Part shown: positions 11,439-19,737 of the stretch, in pieces
How the letters are laid out: each line of letters starts with the position of its first letter
Position numbering within the stretch: the stretch's first letter is position 1
Virus record (IMG/VR): IMGVR_UViG_3300049846_000869
DNA length: 64,000 nucleotides
Direction: 5' to 3' (one strand)
Source of the DNA: an uncultured virus (IMG/VR IMGVR_UViG_3300049846_000869)
Taxonomy: Duplodnaviria; Heunggongvirae; Uroviricota; Caudoviricetes
Position numbers and translations under genes: made by a program
The notes under the pieces: generated by a model
Databases searched by the model: none
Told to the model about the DNA's origin: nothing
Seen by the model: only the letters and a program-made list of their open reading frames with translations

Positions 11439-12521
11439 ATGACAAATAAAGCACTAGATTTCATCGTTTATATTGGAAGATTCCAACCTTTCCATACTGG
11501 TCATTATAAGAATGTTCAGATGGCTTTAGGAATGGCCGACCGAGTTATTATTTGCTTAGGTTCCGCTAATTCCCCTCGTACAATCAAAAATCCTTTTACT
11601 GATATGGAGCGCGTAGAAATCATTCGTTCGTGCTTCACTCCAGAACAAAATCAAAGAATTTCATTTTCAGAAATAGAAGACCGTTTATATCAATACAACG
11701 AATGGGTTTCTATGGTTCAGGTTTCTGTCAGAAATCAAATCCTCAATTATTTCCCAGAAGATGTTGATAATGCTAGAGTCGGAATCATTGGAACGATGAA
11801 AGAAGATACCGCGTATCTTCACGATTTCCCAGAATGGCAAATTATCGAAACCGGGCCTTATGTCATGGAAAGTCAGGGCGCTCCGATTAACGCCACGAAG
11901 ATTAGAGAACTTATGTTCACCGGGCATTTGGGATATGTTCAGAGTGCAGTCCATCCGGAAGTTTATGAATGGTTAACTGAATTTTCAAAAACCGATACCT
12001 TCAAAGGATTAAAAGAAGAATATTGGCACCATGTCAATTACGAAAAGCCATATGAGCAGTTTCCATATGCCGTAAACTTCTTAACTTCCGATGCGGTCGT
12101 TGTACAATCCGGACATATCTTGTTGGTTAGACGCGGAGTTTCTCCCGGAAAAGGTTTATGGGCTTTGCCCGGTGGCCATGTTCAGGCTACTGAAAATACA
12201 CAGGAAGCTGCAATTCGTGAATTGAGGGAAGAAACAGGTCTTAAGGTTCCTGAGAAGGTTATTTTGGGTAGTTTGAAAGAACATAAAATCTTCGACCACC
12301 CAGACCGTTCTTTGCGTTGTCGAGTCATGTCTAAGAAAGGCAGAACTGTTACCAATGCTTACTATTTCGTTTTAGAGAATTCAAAGGGTTTGCCGAAGGT
12401 CAAGGCGGGCGACGATGCCGCAAAAGCTTGGTGGTTCCCGATTGGGGAAATCAAGAATATGAGGAATCAGATGTTCGAAGACCATTTCGACATTATTAGT
12501 TATTTTATTAGCAGAAATTAA
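11439..12521 (+). CDS. nadM: Bifunctional NMN adenylyltransferase / Nudix ADP-ribose pyrophosphatase
   Basis: GRFQPFHTGH, KNPF and Nudix box GGHV...AAIRELREETG. Confidence 0.95.
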   Translation: MTNKALDFIVYIGRFQPFHTGHYKNVQMALGMADRVIICLGSANSPRTIKNPFTDMERVEIIRSCFTPEQNQRISFSEIEDRLYQYNEWVSMVQVSVRNQILNYFPEDVDNARVGIIGTMKEDTAYLHDFPEWQIIETGPYVMESQGAPINATKIRELMFTGHLGYVQSAVHPEVYEWLTEFSKTDTFKGLKEEYWHHVNYEKPYEQFPYAVNFLTSDAVVVQSGHILLVRRGVSPGKGLWALPGGHVQATENTQEAAIRELREETGLKVPEKVILGSLKEHKIFDHPDRSLRCRVMSKKGRTVTNAYYFVLENSKGLPKVKAGDDAAKAWWFPIGEIKNMRNQMFEDHFDIISYFISRN

Positions 12522-12545
12522 CATAGACATATAGGAGTTATAGTC

Positions 12546-13943
12546 ATGAGAAACATTTTAAGAAATTTGATTTTATCAACGGACAGCTACAAGTTTTCAC
12601 ACTACAAACAGTACCCAGAAGGTACTACAAATGTGTATTCATACATTGAGTCGAGAGGTTCGAAAATCTCTCCAGTAATCATGATGTTTGGTTTGCAGTA
12701 TTACCTAAAGGAATATCTATCAACCCCGGTCACTATGACTGATGTTGAGCAAGCTAAAGTCATTACTGACAAACATGGTGTACCGTTCAATTACGATGGA
12801 TGGAAGTATATTGTTGAGAAGCACGGGGGATATCTACCGTTGCGTATCAAGGCCATGCCAGAAGGTATGGTTGTAGAAACTAAGAATATTATGGCTTCAG
12901 TTGAAGCTACTGACCCGAAGTGCTATTGGTTGGTGTCTTATATGGAAACTGACCTACTTCGTGCCGTGTGGTACGGTAGCACCGTGGCTTCTTTGAGTTA
13001 CGCTTGTAAGCAGATGATTTACAATGCGTTGAAACTTACTGCTGATAATGCTGATGCTGAAATCTCTTTCAAGTTACATGATTTCGGATTCCGTGGGGTA
13101 TCAAGTTTTGAAAGTGCTGCTATCGGCGGTGCAGCCCACTTGGTAAACTTCATGGGAACTGACACTATGGCCGGAATTCTCATGGCTATGGATTATTACC
13201 ACAGCGATGTTTGTGGCTATTCTATTCCTGCTATGGAACATAGCACTACTACCTCATGGGGCGGAAGAGAAGGGGAACAGAAGTCTTTTGAGAACATGAT
13301 TAATCACTTTGCTAAGGAAGGGGCATTGTTTGCCTGTGTCTCCGATTCTTATGACATTTACAATGCCACTCGTAAGATTTGGGGAGAAAACCTATTGCCT
13401 ATTGTCAAGGAGAAGGGAGCCACGGTTGTAATTAGACCAGATTCAGGAGACCCGGAAAAGGTTCCTGTTGAAGTTATCGAAATCCTTATGGAAAAGGTCG
13501 GTTACACGGTCAATTCTAAAGGTTACAAGGTTCTTCCGAATTATGTAAGAGTAATTCAAGGTGATGGTATTAACATCAATAGTATTCCCAAAATCTTGAA
13601 TGCTCTAATTGATAAGCGTATTAGCACTTCGAATATTGCCTTTGGTATGGGCGGCGGCTTGTTACAACAGGTTGATAGGGATACCTTCAAGTTTGCTATG
13701 AAATGTTCTGCTATTGAAGTAAACGGCGAATGGAGAGATGTTTACAAGGAACCCGTTACTGACATGGGTAAGATTTCAAAGAAAGGTCGTTTAGCTTTGG
13801 TGAAGGGCGACCACGGATATCAGACAGTTAGGGAAAATGAAGCCGATTATTCTCTATTGGAAGTGGTCTATGAAAACGGTAAGCTTATGAGGGATATGAC
13901 TTTCGATGAGGTTAGAGCCAATTCTAAGAAATATTCCCTTTGA
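12546..13943 (+). CDS. nadV: Nicotinamide phosphoribosyltransferase
   Basis: TDSYKFSH, LHDFGFRG, EHS, IRPDSGDP, QGDG and FGMGGGLLQ motifs. Confidence 0.95.
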   Translation: MRNILRNLILSTDSYKFSHYKQYPEGTTNVYSYIESRGSKISPVIMMFGLQYYLKEYLSTPVTMTDVEQAKVITDKHGVPFNYDGWKYIVEKHGGYLPLRIKAMPEGMVVETKNIMASVEATDPKCYWLVSYMETDLLRAVWYGSTVASLSYACKQMIYNALKLTADNADAEISFKLHDFGFRGVSSFESAAIGGAAHLVNFMGTDTMAGILMAMDYYHSDVCGYSIPAMEHSTTTSWGGREGEQKSFENMINHFAKEGALFACVSDSYDIYNATRKIWGENLLPIVKEKGATVVIRPDSGDPEKVPVEVIEILMEKVGYTVNSKGYKVLPNYVRVIQGDGININSIPKILNALIDKRISTSNIAFGMGGGLLQQVDRDTFKFAMKCSAIEVNGEWRDVYKEPVTDMGKISKKGRLALVKGDHGYQTVRENEADYSLLEVVYENGKLMRDMTFDEVRANSKKYSL

Positions 13944-14044
13944 CACAAGCCTTTTGATGTGATATAAATATAGGGGATAGATGCTGTAATGGGTCTATCC
14001 CTTTATATTTTATAGTTTTTAGCTTATTAAAAGGAGGATAAACT
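13940..14044 (+). promoter_or_regulatory. Overlapping sigma70/late promoter and structured 5' UTR of hsp20
   Basis: TTGACA-17-TATAAATA, then hairpin AGGGGATAGA/TCTATCCCTT and SD AAGGAGG. Confidence 0.6.
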
Positions 14045-14521
14045 ATGAATATGGTAAAAAGAGAAAATCCAACAATCGCAGAAGACCCTATTAGCTTTTT
14101 AAGAAATCATATGGATAGAATGTTCGGAATCCATAATGACTTGTTCACTATGGACGATTATTTTGGCGGGAATTTCCCGTTTGGAACATTCGATGACGCC
14201 TTTCCGATAACTCAATTAACTAGAGAAAAAAATCAATATAAAATTGTGATGGCTTTGGCTGGATACAAACGCGAAGACATTAAAGTTTATGTTGAAAATG
14301 GTTACTTGGTTATCGAGAGTGATAAAGTCGGTCCAGCAACCAAGTACCAGTCCTATTTGAGTAAAAAGACTATTGCGACCCGTGCATTCAAACAAATGTA
14401 TAAGGTTGGTGATAATCCTCAAATATCAGCCAAGATGGAAGATGGGTTACTAACCATTGATGTGGTGTACCCAGAACCCAAAAAGGACGAAAGTTCTATC
14501 AAATTGATAGAAATTAAGTAA
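14045..14521 (+). CDS. Small heat shock protein (Hsp20/IbpA-like)
   Basis: MALAGY...IATRAF...AKMEDGLLTI and C-terminal IEI motif. Confidence 0.9.
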   Translation: MNMVKRENPTIAEDPISFLRNHMDRMFGIHNDLFTMDDYFGGNFPFGTFDDAFPITQLTREKNQYKIVMALAGYKREDIKVYVENGYLVIESDKVGPATKYQSYLSKKTIATRAFKQMYKVGDNPQISAKMEDGLLTIDVVYPEPKKDESSIKLIEIK

Positions 14522-14524
14522 CTG

Positions 14525-14556
14525 ATAAGGGGGAGTAAAATCCCCCTTATTTTTTA
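14525..14556 (+). terminator. Intrinsic terminator
   Basis: ATAAGGGGGA-GTAAAA-TCCCCCTTAT followed by a T-run. Confidence 0.85.
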
Positions 14557-14565
14557 TCAAACCTA

Positions 14566-14594
14566 TTGACATTAAATTATAAGAATGCTACAAT
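14566..14594 (+). promoter_or_regulatory. sigma70-type promoter
   Basis: TTGACA-17-TACAAT. Confidence 0.7.
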
Positions 14595-14617
14595 CTCTAT
14601 AAATAAAGGATATACTT

Positions 14618-15097
14618 ATGACTGAATGGGATATATATTTTCTAGGAATGTGTGATTTTGTGAGGACCAAATCTAAAGACCCCTCTAGAAAGGTCGGGTC
14701 GGTCATAGTTACACAGGATAATGTTACGGTCCAAACCGGATTTAATGGGTTTGCGAAAGGGGTAAATGATAAGCTTCCAGAGCGTTATTTAAGACCCTTG
14801 AAGTATAAATTCACCATCCATGCAGAAGATAACGCTGTCCTATTATCGGCTAGGTACGGTAAAGCGTTAAATGGTACAATAATGTATTGTTGGTTGTTCC
14901 CTTGTTCCGATTGTGCTAATTCAATAACACAAGCCGGAATTAAAAAGGTTGTAACTTTAAAACCAACGGTGGAAGAAAATGAACAATACGGTTTCGATTT
15001 ATCGAGACTTATTTTTAGCGAGGCCGGTGTTGAACTGGTAGAGATTGAGGAAAAAGATTATGAAAATGCAAAACTTAACCAAGCAAAACAGACCTAA
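14618..15097 (+). CDS. dCMP deaminase
   Basis: SKDP..KVG, GFNG, HAE and PCxxC motifs. Confidence 0.92.
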   Translation: MTEWDIYFLGMCDFVRTKSKDPSRKVGSVIVTQDNVTVQTGFNGFAKGVNDKLPERYLRPLKYKFTIHAEDNAVLLSARYGKALNGTIMYCWLFPCSDCANSITQAGIKKVVTLKPTVEENEQYGFDLSRLIFSEAGVELVEIEEKDYENAKLNQAKQT

Positions 15098-15566
15098 GAT
15101 TTTCGTCTTGGTTGGTTTGCCGGGGAGCGGGAAGAGTACATGGACTTCCAAGTTTTTGGCAAAGGAATCCGAACCGTATACTGTAATTTCTAGCGATGAT
15201 GTTATTGAAGAATTCGCAAAGAAAGAAGGAAAGACATACACGGAAGTTTTCAAGGATTACATAGGACAAGCGACTATGATAGTCAAAGAACGATTCAGGG
15301 ATGCGGTCAAGAACAGAGACAATATCATTTGGGACCAAACCAATATGAATATTAAGAAAAGGAAGAGCATCTTACAGCAGTTGCCTCCTGAGTATGAAAA
15401 GACGGCAGTAATCTTCACGGTTGATGAGCCTGAACTGAAAAGAAGGCTACAAACCAGACAAGAATTAACAGGAAAACATATTCCTGAGTTCGTTTTAAAG
15501 GATATGGCTAGGAGCTATCAGGCTCCAACAAAAGCCGAGGGGTTTGATTATATTTTGAGAGCGTAG
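15060..15566 (+). CDS. AAA_33 polynucleotide-kinase-like P-loop protein
   Basis: GLPGSGKST, SSDD and DQTN motifs. Confidence 0.85.
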   Translation: MKMQNLTKQNRPKIFVLVGLPGSGKSTWTSKFLAKESEPYTVISSDDVIEEFAKKEGKTYTEVFKDYIGQATMIVKERFRDAVKNRDNIIWDQTNMNIKKRKSILQQLPPEYEKTAVIFTVDEPELKRRLQTRQELTGKHIPEFVLKDMARSYQAPTKAEGFDYILRA

Positions 15567-15582
15567 ATTAAAGGAGAATTTT

Positions 15583-16194
15583 ATGTTGCAGAATAAGGAT
15601 ACAGGAAGCGTAGTAGACCAGTTGCCGTACATCTTGGCATTGAATGCCGGTGGTGAGCCATTGGGTTGGATTGACTACGAGAGATGCGCTTTCTACTATG
15701 CAAAGAAGAAGATTCTTTGGAGCCTCGGTCAATACGAATATGTATTGAGGGGCGGAACCAACGCTGAGACTGGTACTCAGAGCAAGTTGATTCTTGATAC
15801 CATTGTCGCGCTTGCCCACGGGACAAGCCCGGTTAGGTACCGTAGAGAAGCTCCGCAGTTGACCAATGTTGCATTGTTCAGACGCGACAGAAAGCTTTGT
15901 GCTTACTGTGGACAGGTTTGTGCTACCTCTGATTTGACGAGAGACCATGTTATCCCGAAGGCTTTGAAGGGTAAGGATGTTTGGGAGAATGTGGTAACTG
16001 CTTGCAGACCATGTAACCAGTTGAAGGACGACAGAACGCCAGAACAGGCACATATGCCTCTTTTGTATGTTCCGTACACCCCTAACTATAACGAACACTT
16101 GATTCTTATGAACAGAAAGATACTTGCAGACCAGATGGAGTATCTTATGAAGGGTGTCGCGTCCCACAGCAGATTGCATTTGACTATAAACTAG
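15583..16194 (+). CDS. HNH endonuclease
   Basis: RD..CAYCG, DHVIP, WENVVTACRPCN..K. Confidence 0.9.
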   Translation: MLQNKDTGSVVDQLPYILALNAGGEPLGWIDYERCAFYYAKKKILWSLGQYEYVLRGGTNAETGTQSKLILDTIVALAHGTSPVRYRREAPQLTNVALFRRDRKLCAYCGQVCATSDLTRDHVIPKALKGKDVWENVVTACRPCNQLKDDRTPEQAHMPLLYVPYTPNYNEHLILMNRKILADQMEYLMKGVASHSRLHLTIN

Positions 16195-16278
16195 GAAAAT
16201 CCAATCTAACTTGACGAAAGGGAGTCCCCGGTGATATAATCAAACACCGGGGATTTTCATTTACCAAAGGAATATATT

Positions 16279-16914
16279 ATGAATTTAAAAGATTATCAAG
16301 ATAAAGCCAAGCGTACCGAATCATTAAAAGATGAGGTTGTGGCAGATTATTATGAATTGAAAGCTTATTTGGATATGTATGTGGCAATGACCGAGATTCT
16401 TGATGCCATTAAGAAAAAGGTTTACTACAGCAATCCTAAGAAGTATAACGAAATTCTGGCACCCAAATTGGATGAAATCCAAGAATTGACACAGTTCGTC
16501 AAGGGCTATGCCATGAGTAAGAATGCTGACGGTTCGACAAGAATAGGCACTAAGAAAATGATGAATCTGGATAAGGCTTTACCTATTAATCCGAGGGTCT
16601 TCCACGGCGTAATAGGAATCGCTACAGAGTCCGGTGAGCTTATGGCAGCGATGGCCAAGGCTATGCAATTAGAACAGCCCGTAGACGGTATAAACGCTCA
16701 GGAAGAGATGGTTGACGCTATGTGGTACATGGCGATTCTCCATGATGCTTTGGGTCTAAATTGGGAAGATGGTCTGGAAAGAAATATTGCTAAATTGAGA
16801 GCCAGATTTCCAGAAAAATACTCAGATGAAAGAGCCGATAAAAGAAATCTTTCTACCGAGCGTAAGATTTTAGAAGGAAAAGAATCTGGAGATTTCGACC
16901 GTGACCCAGACTAA
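16279..16914 (+). CDS. MazG-like NTP pyrophosphohydrolase
   Basis: GIATESGE...EEMVDAMWY...NIAKLRARFP. Confidence 0.85.
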   Translation: MNLKDYQDKAKRTESLKDEVVADYYELKAYLDMYVAMTEILDAIKKKVYYSNPKKYNEILAPKLDEIQELTQFVKGYAMSKNADGSTRIGTKKMMNLDKALPINPRVFHGVIGIATESGELMAAMAKAMQLEQPVDGINAQEEMVDAMWYMAILHDALGLNWEDGLERNIAKLRARFPEKYSDERADKRNLSTERKILEGKESGDFDRDPD

Positions 16915-17515
16915 AACTGCTGTCTTCGATTTGGATGATACTCTGAGCAATCTTAAAGAGGCAATAATGCCTGTGATGATTCAGAAGTCTGGAATAAATG
17001 TTCATTGGAGCGAATGGAGAAGCCACAATATTGATAAGACCTACGGATTGACTACTCCGCAGTTCTTCGATATGATTAGAGAGCATCAAATTTTCGAGAA
17101 TTCTAAGCCTCTGGAAAGAGCTAAAGAGGTCGTGAAACAACTGAAATATGATGGTTTCAACATAGTCATAGTCACGGCGAGGGGCTGGCACGAAAGAGGG
17201 AAGGAAGTATCGGAAAACTGGCTTACGAATAACGGGATACCATTTGATGAAGTTTTCGTTACAGACCTGAACCAGAATAAGACCGAAGTTCTAGACCATC
17301 TTGATTCTGTAGAGTTTGTAGTTGACGATAGATATAAGAACTGCTTAGATTTCTTATTGTCTGGTAAAGTGAAGAGAACATTTTTGGTAGATTCTCCGTG
17401 GAACAGGGCAGACCACCAAAGACACCCGGACATTATTAGGATTACGAGTTTAGATGAAATAAGGGAGATATTGTATGAAGGTTATTACGAGGGACAAAGC
17501 TCTAGCATTGGTTAA
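16901..17515 (+). CDS. HAD-family 5'(3')-nucleotidase
   Basis: FDLDDT, VTAR, K and VDD motifs. Confidence 0.85.
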   Translation: MTQTKTAVFDLDDTLSNLKEAIMPVMIQKSGINVHWSEWRSHNIDKTYGLTTPQFFDMIREHQIFENSKPLERAKEVVKQLKYDGFNIVIVTARGWHERGKEVSENWLTNNGIPFDEVFVTDLNQNKTEVLDHLDSVEFVVDDRYKNCLDFLLSGKVKRTFLVDSPWNRADHQRHPDIIRITSLDEIREILYEGYYEGQSSSIG

Positions 17516-17864
17516 GGATGGTGCAGTATTAGTTGACCTACGAAGCCCAATTGAATTTAGAGATTACAAAATCGAGGGAGCTATAAATCTTCCTCTTAGA
17601 AATTTCTCTGCCAGAATGATGGGAGAGAAAAATAAATCGGCCAAATACATCATCTTTAGTAATTCAGTAAAGGATAAAGATGTTGAGTTGGCTTTAAGAT
17701 TTGCCGCTGAGTTTGGCGTCAAGAATGTTTTTGTGTCTGATTATTTCAGACTAAGAGAACCATCTACGCAAGATATCAGGAATGTGGCAAAGCATAGTAA
17801 TAGACCGAAACCAGACCGAAAAAATGTTACGGTTACTGTAAAGAAAACAAGAAAGGGAGCATAA
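17475..17864 (+). CDS. Rhodanese-like domain protein, catalytic Cys absent
   Basis: LVDLRSPIEF...IEGAINLP; no Cys in the protein. Confidence 0.75.
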   Translation: MKVITRDKALALVKDGAVLVDLRSPIEFRDYKIEGAINLPLRNFSARMMGEKNKSAKYIIFSNSVKDKDVELALRFAAEFGVKNVFVSDYFRLREPSTQDIRNVAKHSNRPKPDRKNVTVTVKKTRKGA

Positions 17865-17879
17865 GCTCCCTTTCTTTTT
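17849..17879. terminator. Bidirectional intrinsic terminator
   Basis: AAGAAAGGGAGC-ATAA-GCTCCCTTTCTT between convergent genes. Confidence 0.85.
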
Positions 17880-18645
17880 ACAACGATTGTTTTGCTATGA
17901 TGAATTCTTTTACGAATCCGCTGCGTACAATGTCTTCTTCGGTGAAGTTAACAATTTCAACAGACTTCATCTTTTCAAGAATCTTTACTATTTCCAAGAA
18001 GCCAGAAACTTCGTTTCTGTTGTATACCAAATCGTTTTGAGAAATGTCTCCGCACATTATCAATTTGGAGTTCTTTCCCATTCTGGTTATGACGCTGCAA
18101 ATTTCATGGAATGTCATGGATTGCATTTCATCAATAATGATGATGGCGTTTTCCCATGTCAATCCTCTTATGAACGAAGTAGCCATGAATTTAACCTGAC
18201 CGGTTTCTTTCATAGAATCGTAAGCATCTTTCTTCTGTAAAAGGTGAGAGAAGATATCTCTATAAGGTTCTTCATATGGAGATAATTTCTCGTCTAAAGC
18301 TCCCGGTAAAAATCCGATAGCCTTTACTTGAACCGCGCTTCTTACGATAATGATAGTGTCTTGTTTACTCTCGGGTCGCAATATATCACATAATGCCAAA
18401 TATATCGCGCTAAAGGATTTACCAGTACCAGCCGACCCGTTGGCTAATATGTTGCTGCCGGAAAAATATGCTTCAAACAATTGTTCTTGTCCATAAGTCA
18501 ATGGTTTGACATTCTTTAAATCATGGGTTGACCATGTTTTCTTTTTCTTTCCTATCTTACCTGCTATTGCGTTATTCTCTAATGCTGTAGTCAAAAATTC
18601 AATTTCCTCATCTTTTCTAGAACGGGCCTTTTTTGGTTTAGCCAT
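17878..18645 (-). CDS. phoH: PhoH-like ATPase
   Basis: GSAGTGKS, IGFLPG, RGLTW, DEMQ, TRMG, GDxxQ and DIVRS motifs. Confidence 0.95.
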   Translation of the reverse strand: MAKPKKARSRKDEEIEFLTTALENNAIAGKIGKKKKTWSTHDLKNVKPLTYGQEQLFEAYFSGSNILANGSAGTGKSFSAIYLALCDILRPESKQDTIIIVRSAVQVKAIGFLPGALDEKLSPYEEPYRDIFSHLLQKKDAYDSMKETGQVKFMATSFIRGLTWENAIIIIDEMQSMTFHEICSVITRMGKNSKLIMCGDISQNDLVYNRNEVSGFLEIVKILEKMKSVEIVNFTEEDIVRSGFVKEFIIAKQSL

Positions 18646-18920
18646 GTATTTTCCTTTTTAAATGGTTAATTTCCTAAGATATTAGGGAGGGTGGAGAGAA
18701 GATGACTTTGGATAGGAGGTGTTGCTCTTCTGTATATGAACATTTTCTTGATTACAAAATCCGTTGCGACCAAGTGCTGTTAAAATTTTATTATTTGTAT
18801 CAACACATATATCCAAGTATTTCATCTATTTCCTATTGGACTAAATAATAAAGATTGACATACCAACCTTCATATGATATATTTATTATCACATAAGGAC
18901 GAACTATAGGAATATTCTAA

Positions 18921-19169
18921 ATGACTGAAAATACAGAAGAAAAAGAACAAGAAACATTCGTATATGACGGTCGTGAAGTCGTCCTTACAGGAAGAAAGGC
19001 TGTAAAAGAAACTAGGCGCTCCAAAAAGATTATTGTTGAGGTACAGCCTCTGGGCATCGGTAGAGAAAGCAAATCGTTCAATAAATGGGTTGACCCTAAA
19101 GACCTATTCCATATAGATAATGCTCCTGACGCTCCAGAAACGCCAGAAGATAACACTACACAAAAATAA
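18921..19169 (+). CDS. Hypothetical protein
   Basis: ORF with SD and upstream promoter elements. Confidence 0.6.
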   Translation: MTENTEEKEQETFVYDGREVVLTGRKAVKETRRSKKIIVEVQPLGIGRESKSFNKWVDPKDLFHIDNAPDAPETPEDNTTQK

Positions 19170-19178
19170 GAGGATAAA

Positions 19179-19688
19179 ATGTTATTAAAGAATTTGCAAG
19201 AAAATAAAGAACAGCACAAAGAAGGCACTTATGTAGGAATGAAACTTTCCGATAAGACAGTAAAAGAATTGAAAGCCTTGATGAAGAAGCTTAAAATTAA
19301 AAATCCAGTAAGAAGTGAAAAACTCCATACTACAATCATTTATTCCAGAAAGCCGTGTCCAAATTTAGAGGCAGCAGGTGATTTAGCTGAACCAATGGTT
19401 GGAGTTCCAACAGAGTTTGAAATCTTTCCAACTAGAACCGGATATAATGCTTTAGTCATAAAGTTCAATTGCCCAGATATGGTTAATCGTCACAAACAAT
19501 TGATGAAGGACCACGAAGCCACTTATGATTTCCCAGAATATAAATGCCACATCACTCTATCGTATAATGTGGACGAAGATGAAATAAACGGTATAAAAGG
19601 GTTAGACCCTTTGGATTTCATTCAAGAGCTAGAATTCAATCACGAATATAAGGAAGCTTTAAATCTAGAGTGGAACGCTTCCTCTTGA
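19179..19688 (+). CDS. 2H phosphoesterase, T4 gp57B/Acb1-like (anti-CBASS candidate)
   Basis: GTYVG, LHTTIIYSR and HITLSYN motifs with a C-terminal Trp. Confidence 0.8.
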   Translation: MLLKNLQENKEQHKEGTYVGMKLSDKTVKELKALMKKLKIKNPVRSEKLHTTIIYSRKPCPNLEAAGDLAEPMVGVPTEFEIFPTRTGYNALVIKFNCPDMVNRHKQLMKDHEATYDFPEYKCHITLSYNVDEDEINGIKGLDPLDFIQELEFNHEYKEALNLEWNASS

Positions 19689-19737
19689 CTTTAAATTATT
19701 GTGATGGTAGAATTGCGACCCTAACTTGGGAAAAATT

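Noticed and set aside
15568..16179. 203-aa minus-strand ORF
   Set aside because: Antisense to a motif-complete HNH gene.
15583..16194. HNH as an intron-encoded homing endonuclease
   Set aside because: Flanking genes are intact and unrelated, and no split gene or intron structure is seen.
18682..18825. 47-aa minus-strand ORF upstream of phoH
   Set aside because: Short, with no motif and only a weak SD; not supportable.
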